A stretch of DNA of 64,000 nucleotides from contig JARFYF010000001.1 in assembly GCA_030265395.1 (NCBI GenBank), positions 45,285,506 through 45,349,505 of the forward strand, given 5' to 3'. The notes below the pieces were generated by a model. It saw only the letters and a list, made by a program, of their open reading frames with translations. It was not told the origin of the DNA and did no database searches. Below, one piece after another: positions 25,801 through 38,870 of the stretch. The stretch comes from Rhina ancylostomus. Its lineage: Eukaryota. A program made the translations under genes and the position numbers. How positions within the stretch are numbered: position 1 is the stretch's first letter; the number at the start of each line of letters is the position of its first letter.

Positions 25801-28335
25801 AGTTACTTTGGTTTTCGAAATCAATGTTTAGCGACGAAAAGAGAAACTTAGGAGCTAAGTTGCGAAATACTAGCATCAAATGTTAATTAAAACTTAACTG
25901 ATATTCACTGTTCATTTAACAGAATAGTTGCTCCCGAGTTCCCCTTATGGGAAATGACAATGTAGCAAAAGCGTTCAAGATGCATAATTAATATTAAATA
26001 ATGCATAGACGGAGCCTATATCATCGATGCTAAATGGCTTAATTAGTACCGCCCTCCATGCTGTGGAATGAAAACAGTAACGCCCTGTCATATATATAAA
26101 TATATATAATCCCAGTATTTTTTCCAGTTTATTACCTGCAATAAATTATCATATTCATACTTTTGTCCTCAGTATTTACTCTAATTTCCGCATTCAAACA
26201 AAACATAAATGGACAATAAATGTCGAAAACAACGGTAATAGAAACAAGGCAATGATATTGCTACAATTTATGGGAAGCCATAAGCGATTAATGTTAATTG
26301 TGGGTAAGAAATGCATTAAAAGGCAGTATTAAAAGTTGCATGGTGAAAATGATGTTTTCTCCCCATGGGTCTCGTGCAATAACAGCGGCTTCTGTAAAGT
26401 ACAGAGGCAGCATTTTAATGTTATTTTTTCGCAATAAAAAAGAAGTTACAAAACATCATAAATTACTGAAGTACAAAATGTCATTAGGTCTAAAGCGATA
26501 CACCCTTTCGTCATTGTAGGAATTGTTTGAACCATAAGTTAGTACTGTCTTATAGTTAGTAATCATAATAACATTTCGGATCCTGAAATGGCTCGCTGTC
26601 TGAATAATTAAGAAGCTTATATGAATGAAACAAAATACAGTATTCCTGGTAACAATGGTGTTTATGAGACATTGATAACAATGTTTTTCAAGCTTGATAT
26701 TCAGTCTTGTTTAATAATGTTATCTGTGACTTGCCTTCAAAAGCAATTACTATTGTAACTAATTAATTCTGAAGCTTTGAGGTATTTTTGAGTGAAGATA
26801 TTAGACAAATAAAGATGAATAGAAGCGAGAGTAACTGCACTCGGCTGAAATATCTGTCCTCTGGCGCCCTCATCTGTTTTATCTTATTATAACAGTCACA
26901 TTGTTCCCTCGCAGCCCCACGGTCAATTTCCCTTAGATTCGGAGACATCTCAAAAAAAGATGGCAAATTAAAGGTGAAACTCGCGTCGTTGTCCGTATGA
27001 GTTAACTTACGTATAGATCAATTATTTTACATCGACACAATTCGAAAGTACTGATACAAAGGATAAATGCATATATTGATTTGTATTTAACTTCATAATG
27101 AACTGACCTCTAGAGTTTTGTGTTATTATTTTGTGGGCTAACAGTTGACTGCCCCGTGCTATTGTCTAAGAGTGGATGTCATTGGAAGATTTGTAATTGT
27201 CGAGATCAAGTGATGAGAGAAAAATAAGGAGAGAACTTTACATGTCCAAATCTATCTCATAATCCGAAAATCTAAATAGTGAAAGAACAATTTCATTATA
27301 ATTAACTGATTATTAATTAGTGACTGATTTAGAGACTGTAGAATAATGTCGATTTTCATGGACATAATACTGATTAATGAAACTGACAATGTAATGTTGA
27401 ATACAACACAAAGAAAGCAGCAAGCGCATTGAAAGTGGGTTACATCATTTAATATCCATTGTATTGTTCTATGGTTCCGCAATTCTCTGATTCTGGTTTC
27501 TATTCTTTATATTGTATTTAGCTTTAAAATTATGTTAATGGAAAGTTTTAATCAGATAGTAAAGTCATGCAACTGATCAACCCCCGAGGAGTAGACGGAT
27601 CACAGCAGTGCAGTAGTAGTTCACTTTAGCTCGCTCAAAAAGGTTTACAGTAACAGGCTAAATATTTGCTCTTTCGTCTAATGCTGGTACGCGAGGTGTA
27701 ATTCTGGAGCTTTAAAGGTTATAGCAGGCAATAAAAGCCTCTTAAATGCTTTTTGTCTGACGCATGTTGCATTGTCACGAAGAAGCTTTATTTCAGATTA
27801 CAGTTCACAATTCTACTACATTATTGCTCATTCCTGGCATTCAATGTAAAAAGGATCTTTACAAATCCAGGTAACCAGAAACCAAACGTTGCAAATAAAA
27901 ACAAGGGGAACAAGTCTTATAAAGAAACACAGAAAGAGGAAGTTGATACAAATGATCACAAAGCTCAGCATTGACCTTGGGTCAACAGCTACAGTACAGA
28001 TGTGTCATTCTGTAATGCAGTTCGTGTCCTTGACGTTTGTTCACAAAGTTTAATTTGCAAGGAGTCCACACTATGTTTTATTTGCCAACTGCAGTTGAGT
28101 TACAGCAATAAAAAGATCAGGTAGTTTGGACCGGGGTGTAATATGTGCTTAATGGATAGTTAGTGCCATTTCTGGGAGGTGGAAGTTAAAGTATTTGCTC
28201 GTTGCCTGCACCGGTATATCATTCTCAGTATTTTGAACGAGGAGGAATTTGCACTTTCAAGCAGTGACAGAAAGTATCTGTGAAATTATATCTGCAAGGG
28301 TTGGAGTGAAGACAATCATTTAGAGAATTTGTAAG

Positions 28336-28864
28336 ATGGATTCAACGTCGTTGAAGTACAAGCTGACGTTAGAGACATCTAGCGATAGGATAGTAATGTT
28401 GCAAGATGGAGTGCGTTCAATTGACATGGAATCAGTACTTTCCACGAATATTGGATTTTCGCCTGCCATGTTTCCTCCCGCTTCGAAAACGACTCCAAGT
28501 GGAAGATCCCACGGATTGTATTCTGAAGACATTTCCTCTTGTGGTTCGCATGGAAACGCAGATAAGGAGATAGTTGCCATCTCACCTGAGGCAGTTCCAT
28601 TCACTGCCAACCAGCTTCAAAGTGACCGTCATATATCTTTGTTTAGTAACTACCGCCACAATCCCTGCATTAGAGGAGAACTCCCCACAAACTCATCAAT
28701 TTATCAGAATTGGGCATTAGAATATCCCCGGGCGGCACCTGCCCAGATCCAGACAGATCCCACCGACCTGGACACGTCTGCCCTCAGCTATTCTCAATGC
28801 TATGGAACACCTATTTCAGGAGAAGCTCTTCAGACTACAAGACCCAGCGTCCCGATGCATTTAG
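28336..28864 (+). CDS. hoxd14: Homeobox D14, exon 1 (start uncertain; a downstream Met such as MESVLS is possible)
   Basis: Long open frame ending in a phase-1 G|GTCAGT donor that is in phase with the homeobox exon. Confidence 0.75.
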
Positions 28865-29651
28865 GTCAGTATGTTTGTTGATGCATACTGAAATACTATA
28901 AATCTTTCAGTGATGGCTAACATGGTTAAAGATTGCGTTTGTTTTCTAAATGTGTTAACAAAAAAAGACCAGATTGGTATTTTCTTGTTTTATAGCACCA
29001 GCCGGACGATCGGTTCTGACTGTTTACTTTAACTTGACTCTGGTCGAAAGGCATTTATTTTCCACATTTATTTTTAGAAGACTAAAGCCATCACACTTAT
29101 AAGAAATTCGTGTTTTTAAAGAGTCCTAAAATACGCATGAAATCCATTCAACTAAATTACCCAAAGAAAGCGATCCATTGGTTTGTCTTCATTCAATTCC
29201 TTTACATCTATCTACTTTTTCACTGTAACATTTCAGGGGCCAAGTCAAACTTTCCTGTTTGTAGATGAAGTACGTTAACCTAGCGAGCCAAGAAGAAAGC
29301 TCACTTTTGTCGAAAATCAAATATTTTGGATATAGTCACCATCCATTCAAATATACATGGAGATATAGGATGCCAAATTTGAAAATGAATGGTGTCTGAC
29401 AACTCCTTTCACATGCTTAAGATTAGGTACAAAATTACTTTTTGAAGATTAATTATGAAAAAAGTACATTGGCATTGACTGTCATCTTCCAGCTTTATTA
29501 TCACCGAGGAGAGAAAAATACCTAACTTCACTTAAAACAAGTCAGGATGGCATCTGTGGTTTGGTTAGCAGTGACTTGCATGTGCAACAACACATTACAC
29601 CTAAATGTTATCGCCTTAAATTCCTGCTCATGTATATGTGTGTTACTTCAG

Positions 29652-29833
29652 CTTTAGGATTTACGTCGCAATGGCCAACGTCGCAAAATCCAGAGAACAG
29701 TCGAAGGAAAAAACGAATCCCTTACAGCAAACAGCAAATTGCTGAACTGGAAAAGGCTTTCGAAAAAAATCGATTCCTCACCCCTGAAATCCGATTAAAT
29801 ATTTCTTTCAAATTAGGTTTGACAGAAAGGCAG
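29652..29833 (+). CDS. hoxd14: Homeobox D14, exon 2 (homeodomain up to residue 44)
   Basis: [44 protein letters not shown]|GTAAG. An alternative in-phase acceptor would start the exon at 29658. Confidence 0.93.
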
Positions 29834-30004
29834 GTAAGACGATTTCCTTTCAGCTTTTACAAAATGAAAAAAGTGGAGTACCTGTCCGGCGGCGGTCTCG
29901 TTCTGTTTGCCGAAAGGTGGGCACATTTATTCGCACAGAACAGAAAACCGAGACAGTTCCTATTTGTCGTCTTCTGTTTTTAAAATTATCCTTCTATTTT
30001 TCAG

Positions 30005-30094
30005 GTAAAAATATGGTTCCAAAACCAGAGACAGAAAGAGAAAAAACTTCTTCGTGTGCAGCAACCGATACATCCAAGCTGCCCTGGACTGTAA
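30005..30094 (+). CDS. hoxd14: Homeobox D14, exon 3
   Basis: TTTTCAG|VKIWFQNQRQKEKKLLRVQQPIHPSCPGL*. WFQNQR and the split homeobox are diagnostic of paralogue group 14. Confidence 0.94.
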   Translation, partial: VKIWFQNQRQKEKKLLRVQQPIHPSCPGL

Positions 30095-30786
30095 AAGAGG
30101 AACACCTTTATTTCAAGGAAGTATGGCTTTATCAGTTACAAAAACATAGTTCCCAGCATGTAATGGCGAATTGCTTCTCTTCAGATATACACGGACATAG
30201 ATCATTCAACATAGATCATTTCCATACTTTTAAAACAACTGCCTGTGTGGAAAAGTTTCATTTGACCATATTTTAAAATGTAGTTTCTTTGCTTTAAACA
30301 ATATTAACGGTTGATTTTGCCAAAGATATGAAACAAGGAATACTTACATTATGAATTTAATTCTTAATGGAGAAATTCTATTTGATTTGCTCAAACAATT
30401 ATCTGTAAACCATTAGTTTTAACATGTACATGACTACTTAGAATGAGGCTGTTGATTTTCTGAAGGTTATTTTTAGTGTCAAAATGATTATTTTGGTACC
30501 TGTTGCAGAAGCCTTTGCGGATGAATGTTTTTATTTTCAGATTTGGAATGATTTGAAATACTCCATTGTAATAAATAATGTGAATTTTAATAAAAGTGGC
30601 AACTTTGTAAAGGAGCTACGTAGCATTCGGTGTACATTCAAAACAGTTTTAAGCTCATATTTCCAAAACACATAGCAATATGTAAGCCAGAATTTAATGG
30701 TTGAAGACAAAAGTACGTTTATATAACATACTTAAATTGTAAAAGTACAAAATAAAACACGGTTCTATTTAAATTATAAAATATAC

Positions 30787-30900
30787 CGATCGATCGATCG
30801 ATCGATCGACCTATCTGTCTATCTATCTATCTATCTATCTATCTGTCTGTCTGTCTGTCTGTCTACCTAACTATCTATCTGTCTGTCTGTCTGTCTACCT
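30787..30900. repeat. Compound tetranucleotide microsatellite (GATC)n(TATC)n(TGTC)n
   Basis: Directly visible. A related TATG/TGTC tract lies at ~31378-31440. Confidence 0.92.
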
Positions 30901-31051
30901 AACCAGCTTGTGCTCAAGTTCAGGAAAGTCGTAGGAATCAAACATATTTTCGGTGATGCTTCTCACGTCGAAATTTCTGAACTATAATACAAAAAATGAA
31001 GAATTTAAGTTAAAACAGGATATTCATACACCTGTTGGGCAGACTCAAAAA

Positions 31052-31359
31052 ACTTACAGATATAGTAAACTTCGCAGTAATCAAAAAAAGTGTAAGTTAT
31101 TAGCCAATTACATCGAGAATCACTTGAATCAGCGCTTCTCAGGCAGTACAATTTTCAAACGTATGACTGAAGGTCAAAGGTTCCAGCGAATGTGACATGT
31201 TATTAAAACCTTGCATTTATAAAGCACCTTATCACTTCCAACAAACACTTCCCGAACAATGAATTCCATATGGAATCATCTTGTGTGTAGAACAGGTAAT
31301 TTGAAAACACTGTTGTCCTACTATAGAACAGTATTTTCGAATGAATATTCAGATCATCT
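31052..31359 (+). repeat. Diverged direct repeat, copy 1
   Basis: Collinear with 32524-32829. Shared anchors: TATAGTAAACTTC, GAAGGTCAAAGGTTCC, AGCACCTTATCACT, GAACAGTATT. Confidence 0.85.
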
Positions 31360-32523
31360 TCAAATCGGTAGATCTCTGTATCTATGTATGTATGCATGCA
31401 TGTTCGTATGCAAGCATGTATGTATGTATCTGTCTGTCTACCTATTTGTCTCTGTGTTAGTCTGTTCAATTTCTAATTTTGCTTCATGGTTTCAGTGTTA
31501 ATAATTAAGTAATCCACGTTGATTCGCCCACAGATTTCCTAAACGAAAGTGTGATTTCCATTTGTGTTCCAACGGGAGTTTCGTTCATGGAATAACATTA
31601 TAGCGATTCTGCTCAGTATTATTTAACTAACAATAATGCACTAGTTTCTGAACGTTTCACGTGCAATGCTATATTCGATTATAATAGAAATAAACATTAT
31701 TCTATGACAAGAATAATTGATCAGCCAAATCCTGCAAGCGTATCAATTTGTTTCAATCGAACCTGCGGATTTCTTCCGACTGTGTTTTCTGCTCTGTGAA
31801 ATGTTATGTTTTGATTGTCGCTGCAGTTTGTTTCCCTCTCCAAGTATTTAATTTGATTATTCTGTGTAGGAATCATTAAGATTAATGAGGAAAGGAAGTT
31901 GGGTCCAGAATAATCAGTTCTCATTTGCACCTGTGTTTTCTACACCTCTTTTGTTTATGTCAGATGTCTTTTTACTTGAAAATATACGTCTCGTTTCTGT
32001 CTTTGGTTCGTCCTTAATATCAACATGTGCAAAAGGTACAAGTGGCAAAAAAAAAGCCATCAATAGCAGTTCCCCAGTTCTCCAGAAGAGTAAAGCCATC
32101 ATTCTATAATTTTCCGGCATAGAGCTTCCCCAATTATTAAAAATAAGATACTGGTTAAATTAAAACAAGACTTGTCAGGATACTCAAAATATCCCTTAGG
32201 ACTCTGGCGGTAACTTATCTTCGAAACAATGCCTTTAGATTGTGTACGTTCGTCTGGGAGAGCTGATGGGATGACGGTTCAACATGTCGTTTGAAAGACG
32301 CNNNNNNNNNNNNNNNNNNNNNNNNNNNNNNNNNNNNNNNNNNNNNNNNNNNNNNNNNNNNNNNNNNNNNNNNNNNNNNNNNNNNNNNNNNNNNNNNNNN
32401 NNNNNNNNNNNNNNNNNNNNNNNNNNNNNNNNNNNNNNNNNNNNNNNNNNNNNNNNNNNNNNCTTTGGGTTCAATTTAAAACACCACATCTCAATGTTTG
32501 TTGTGCATACCCAGAGAAATGGT

Positions 32524-32829
32524 TTACAGGTATAGTAAACTTCACAATAATCAGAGAAAAAACGCTATTCATTAGCTAATTACAATTAAAACCAGTCGAA
32601 TCAATGCTTGTCAGATGATACTGTTTTCAAATATAGCAGAAGGTCAAAGGTTCCTGCGAATGTACCATTTGTTTCAAAGCCTTGCACGTATCTAGCACCT
32701 TATCACTCTTAACAAAACTTAACAAAATGAATTCTATTTTGGAGTCATCTTTTGTGCGGAGCAGATAATTCAAGAACAGTATAGTCCTAATGTTGAACAG
32801 TATTGGCAAGCGAATATTCGGATAATCTT
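32524..32829 (+). repeat. Diverged direct repeat, copy 2
   Basis: Collinear with 31052-31359. Confidence 0.85.
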
Positions 32830-35800
32830 TATTTGTTAGTTCTGCTTAAGTGGGAGATGATGGCAACTACAGAAAGGCTTCCAGTTTATTGGAATAGTGT
32901 ATTGAAGTTGTGTTAGAAATCCTCCAGATTTTTGTCCTTTATTAGACTATTACTGACGTGGAAAACTTGAAAGTCTGCTTTCTTCAAGGACATTTGGAAT
33001 ATTGTCAATGCATTAAACAGCCTATTGTTGAAGGGCAATTCTGACAGATACTGAAGAATATGCAATAACAACCCGACTTCTTGTGCCCACTCCTATCAAC
33101 CCTTTCTATTACAGATACTTAAGTCGACTTTAATATTAAAAAGTGACTGTCAAATTTACCGCCTTGAAATTAGACCAGGCTGCCAGCTCTGCACATAGCG
33201 CCACTATATAATAATTACATTATGACAATCCATACGTTTCCATCATTTATATTTTAAAAAATGTAAGCGTTGGTTACTTTAAAATAACTACTGACTTGGG
33301 TCTGCACCACCTGATCCAATTAATCATGCCACGTACAGTCCACTGAAGGCTACACGTGTTCATGGCTACCGTTGTAAAATAGCAAAGGCCAAGGAATAGT
33401 GCAAGAGTAAATATATGCCCACCAACCTTTATTCCAGAGCATTGCTGATCATGCTAAAACCGAATTTCTAGTAATGAAAGCTTTAGTGGATGCACTACCC
33501 TATAAGATATTGTTAAACTTAGTTGTACATTAGAATGAATGTTTAAATAGAATATTGTCAAAACAAGCTGAATATTCAAGGTATTTATCTTAAATACTAG
33601 ACAGTGGAATTTATTTATTCACTACATGACTCTCGAATAGAACGGACGCAAAAATGATATTTTCTTGTACTCTACAGATTAAAGCATCTTTTTTTCCGGA
33701 ATTCTGAAATTCGTTAGAATACATATCAGAAGCATATTTGCGAAACGTCCCACTCTAATTCGGTAGCGCAAACATATATTTTGCATTTTATAAGTATTTG
33801 AATCCACGCGCTTTCACGGGACATTCCTTGCTGCTTATTGATGAATTTTATATCTACTTAATGAAACTACTCTGTTGTGGGATTAGATTGTATTGGTAGA
33901 GGTAAATTCATTTCCATATAGAATATATTATTCTTAAATATAAAGGATAATATATTCCGTATAGAATATCTTCCCTTCTGATACATTATTTTGAACTCAA
34001 ACGGAGGACCGAGAATTGCAAACAGGCAAAAAAAAGTACTTTTTTTTAAGATGCAATAATTCTGTAGGCTGGACTTTAGCATGCTCGGTCCCCGAAACAA
34101 CAATGCGGCGTTTGTGCGAAGAAAGTGTATACTCTTTGAAGAATATTTAACAGTCGCTTTTTTGATTAAATAAAAAGGCATTATAAAAATTGTCACATTC
34201 TCTACAGATATAACAGACATAGATCTTTGTATCTGTTAGACTTGGGGCAGAGCGTATAGTTTTGCGGCTTGCAATGTAGTAAATTACTTCCGTAGTTCCA
34301 ACTGGAACACACGCATACAAGACGAAGCAGAAGGCGTTCATTTTAAGCGTTTAATTGGTTGCTAATGACATTAGATTAAAGACATATTTCGTTATCTTGA
34401 TTATTGCTGATAGATTAAATCCATTTTTAGTTATGTGTGTTAGTTATTATCGGTGCAATTCAGAAATGTCGCAAATAACATCGATTTAATATCAGTAATT
34501 GTCTGGAGTTTGTTTTCAATTATATATATTGTGTAATAAAATTTGTTTGCTGGATGGCCAGGCTTTGACAATACTTTACTTTGTATTGGCAAAATAAAGA
34601 AAATATTTTCTGGTGAGTAATCTGGTTTTATTCAGGTATTAATATTAGCCATCGCTTTTGACAAAAACGACATGTTTATGAGAATGTGTAGTTAAAGGGG
34701 GCTCATATAACCTGCTACAGAGTCGGATTCACTTATGAATACTTGAATATATCTTTTATCAATTGATTATTGTTCGTAAAAAGGTATCTGTTATCGTTAA
34801 CTAGGTAAAGTAGATACTTCGAACTTTAATATCAGTTTTGCTTTGCTTAACTTCAATTTTCATCGGATTGCCTTGCATGAACTGAATGGTCCGTTAAACG
34901 GCAACGTCAGGTGGAAATCATTCAAAATTAGCCTAATTTGTCAAAGAGTATAATTAGAAAAATATCTAACATACTCTTAAATTAAAGTTCTTGACACTTC
35001 ATAGTGAACGTTGTCCATATCCAAGCACATATTACCCTTACAACAGGTACAATTTTGAACCAGAATATTATTAATACGTTAGGGTTATGATGCGCTCTAT
35101 GAATCTTGCCATTCAGAATAACATCCAGCAAATATTTTAAGCAATAACTACCAAATGCTACTTCAAATAGCCCCGACACTAAAGTAAAAACAAATTATAC
35201 CAGCAGGAAAACAATACAGAATAAACGAAATTTTATATCTTCGAAGAAAAATACCCCATCTACGATTCTATCTGCAATTCACAAAGCGACAATGAAAAAT
35301 TTAGGTTGAACTTTCCACAAGGGTATGAAATAATTAAAGAAAATAATTGTGGATCAAAATAACGTTCAATAAATGCATTTAACATATATGCAACCCGTCA
35401 AAAACGTTACCTTTACTCCCTCAGTAAAATCAGCACATTGCAAGGATATATTGCCAAACTACCGAAATAAAATGCGGATTATTTGCATCATTAGACTCTG
35501 AAGTTTTGATTCGTTCTAGATGCGAGCGATGCTGTAAGGCCAGATTTATTGCTGATTCCTCGTTGTTCTGATAAGTTGATAATGGCCCTTCTGGTGAAAT
35601 CCTGCTTGAATCTTACTCAAACTTGCTGATGAAAATGGCGTTTTACTTTTAAAGCGAATTGAGTCAGCATACTAACACATCCCCTGTAAGTAAGTTAGAG
35701 CTTCATTTTACATAATTCTACGCGAATAATTGTTTTCAAACAATGATTAGACGTATTAAAAATAACACATATTTTCCAAATTATTGTAACTCATAGCGAA

Positions 35801-35867
35801 CGTCAAATTTTCAAATTCTCACGTATTTCCCACCGAGCCGTTCAACTGCTTCAAAGCGCTATTTACC

Positions 35868-35945
35868 ATCTTTCTCCCCCTCTCTCTTTCTGTCTCTCCT
35901 TCTCCATCCACCCCACCCCCCCCTCCACCTTGACCTTGGCCTTCA
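35868..35945. repeat. Polypyrimidine (CT/C-rich) tract
   Basis: Nearly pure pyrimidine run with CTCTCT units and C-runs. Confidence 0.8.
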
Positions 35946-38039
35946 TCTACTTCCGGAAAGAACCCCTTTGTCTGCATACCAGAGATGCAATCAACTTGAG
36001 AGAGCGACTTATTTTTTTAAATCCAACCCTGTATTTCCCCCGGATTTCTTAATAACAGCAGCTGCCCGAGGCAAATGTCGGCATATGCTTTCCCCACTGT
36101 GAAAGTAGGAGCAACTCGCTTTATATTTTTTCTCTCTCTGAAGAGGGATGGCACCCGTGTGCTCTTAAATAAGCACGCTGCATTTTTTTAAATGATATTT
36201 GGATGCAAATGATGAGTTTGAACACGCTGGTGTGAAATATTTCTCTCAGATTATTAAAACCGCTATTGGGGCTGTTTCTCTAAATATTAGCTAAGCAGAC
36301 TGCAGGAAACATGTATCTTTGAAAAGAAGACAGTAAACTGAAAGGGTTCACAGAAATGAATACATGTAATTTAGTGCCAAACCATGGGTTCCACTTGTGT
36401 TTCCTTATCACGGAATCTTGCAGGTGGAATCTGTTTTTTCTCTGTGAAGTAGCTACTTATATTATAATTCACTCTGCCCTTCGGCATTCTGAAAAAAAAT
36501 CAGCAGGATTCAAAATAACTTTTCAAAAAAATCACATCCTTATTTTGCTCCAGCGTACGATGTGGTGATCTAATTGCTTGAGATTTTCAATTACTGTTTG
36601 TCGAAAAGGTGCCATCGTTTCACTGAGTATAACATGGTCAACGAATTTCTGGTGCACAGATTCTAACTTCCGAGAAGATGGGAAAACATTCTCTGGAATA
36701 GTCAGATGACCTCCTTCAGTGTGCCAATAATCCATGCTGAAAACTAGGTCACAGAATGTCATCTCCTTCCATTATCCGATTCGCATTTGTTAAGTGTTAC
36801 TATTACTGCTTCTTGTACACATCTGATCTATACCTTTTATTAAATATTTGCATCTTTCCATTTTTCTTCGTTTTGGTATATCACAAAATGAATATAAATC
36901 CTATAGAGTATACAAATAATCTCTAAAGAGCGTATGGTTTGGTTTGACTAACAAAATTTATATGTTGCGTTAGTTTTGCCAACATGAATATGTAGTGTAG
37001 GTAAATTGTGGTAGAGAATTAGACAGAACTTTACATCACACCTTATTGTTGTTAGAGTACCATAATCTAATATAGTCTATTCCATATAACAGAGTTATTT
37101 GGTATGTATTTACATGCTTTTGCCCTAAAGTGTGAGATAACAATGGAGTGAAATGAATTAAGCACTCCAATTATGCGAGGCTGTTCAACTAAACGCTAGA
37201 TATTTTCAGACCATTGCTTAAACGGGGTCTATTGAGAAAACCGGTGATTAGCAAATCATGTTTTTGTCCGCTTGACATAAATAATTGAAAGTTCTAGCAC
37301 GGTCAGATTGCGCTCGAAGAGTTGAAATTTGGAATAATTTAGCTTTCTAGATACAAAATATAAACCCAACCCACATATGGAAAAAAAATCCTAAAAAGCA
37401 ATAGCATGATTCAAAACAAAACAGTTCCGAGTGGAACAAAGGTGTAGATCTACGTAACTTCCACTCAGAATTTTGATAATGTGTTATTTTATATAATCTG
37501 TACGGAAATCAATTTAAGTGTGATCGCCTAAAGATTTAATTAGAGAAAGGGAATATATGAACTTTAAAATCTATTTCATGGCGGTTTTATAGATAGGAAA
37601 GATAAGTGTTATCGTCAAAAACACATTTGGATGTTAAGAAGGTTGTTACCGAGATTTTTCATCAGCATTACAAACGTCGTCCACCATTCTGTCAACTCTA
37701 TGATAGCGCATGATGATAACACATCCCCTTTTCCAAACGGAAATGGCAATTTTCCAAAAATTCTCTAATGCTTCATTTTAACTGAAAACTCCCTCAAAGA
37801 ATACTTCTTGCATTCAATATCTGAATATATATCTGATCCTTCAAATTATAGAATATATTTTACAAGTTATCAATAATATCTCGTATATATCTCAACTAAA
37901 CTGCATCGGTTTGAGTATTGCCGAAGAAAAGACAATACTTGTTTTAATATCCATCAACAGCATTGGTTATTTACTGTGNNNTGGGGGAAAAAACGATCAT
38001 TTTAAGGTCGGGAGAGGAGTGCTTGGAGTACTGAAGCCA

Positions 38040-38160
38040 GATCAGTTGCGGCGCGTCACGTGCTCAGAATCCACCTATCACGTTTCACTCGCGCAGTGCA
38101 CACTCTAATCAGTGAAAATAAGCACCTCTTCTCACTCCCGAGACTGCTTTTATAAAGCAG
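38040..38160 (+). promoter_or_regulatory. hoxd13 proximal promoter
   Basis: GTCACGTG at 38055-38062, a CpG cluster, and TATAAA at 38151-38156. Confidence 0.55.
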
Positions 38161-38266
38161 TACTTAGTTTGCAGTGGGTCGTGATATGACAGCTCTTCTT
38201 TCAGCCCCCTGGAGGACTGATACTATCAGATACCTGCACAACAGAAACAACACGAAAAAGTCGGAG

Positions 38267-38870
38267 ATGGAAGGACTGGGTGGGAACGTCCCTTCAAATC
38301 AATGCAGGAATTTTCTATCTCCCACTGCATTTGGAGCTCATCACAACTCTTTATCTTCGGGACCTGCTTACTCAGGCGGAGATCGTACGCATTCTGTCAT
38401 TTCTGAATCAGCTAAGCAATGCAGCCCATGTCCAGCTCCTACCAGCCCTCCAAACCCAGCCTTCAGCTATGGCTATCATTTTGGAAGCAGCTATTACAGT
38501 TGTCGAAATGTTGGTATACAACAAACTGGACTGAAATCTGGTGCTCATGCATCTCTAGCCGGTTACCCAGTGGACAAATACATGGATGTTTCGGGTTTGA
38601 CCAACAGTCCTGTCCCCACTGACGAGGTATCAACCCGAGCAAAAGAATTTGCTTTTTATCAGAGTTACCCTAATCCATATCAACGGGTTTCTAGTTATTT
38701 GGACGTTCCAGTAGTCCCTACCATAAGTGGCCACGGAGAGCCTAGGCATGAAGCCTTAATATCCATGGAGGGTTACCAGCCATGGACATTTGCTAATGGC
38801 TGGAATGGTCAAGTGTACTGCCCTAAAGATCAGACACAGTCTTCACATTTTTGGAAATCGCCTCTTTCAG
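38267..38870 (+). CDS. hoxd13: Homeobox D13, exon 1 (upstream in-frame ATG at 38186)
   Basis: MEGL...[46 protein letters not shown] are PG13 motifs. Phase-1 donor. Confidence 0.93.

Noticed and set aside
26855-26880. CTCF-like ACAGATGAGGGCGC on the minus strand, and a partial match near 55930
   Set aside because: About three mismatches to the core consensus; not supportable without a PWM scan or ChIP data.
29917-30276. 119-aa ORF overlapping hoxd14 intron 2 and exon 3
   Set aside because: Wrong frame; the spliced frame gives the canonical helix 3.
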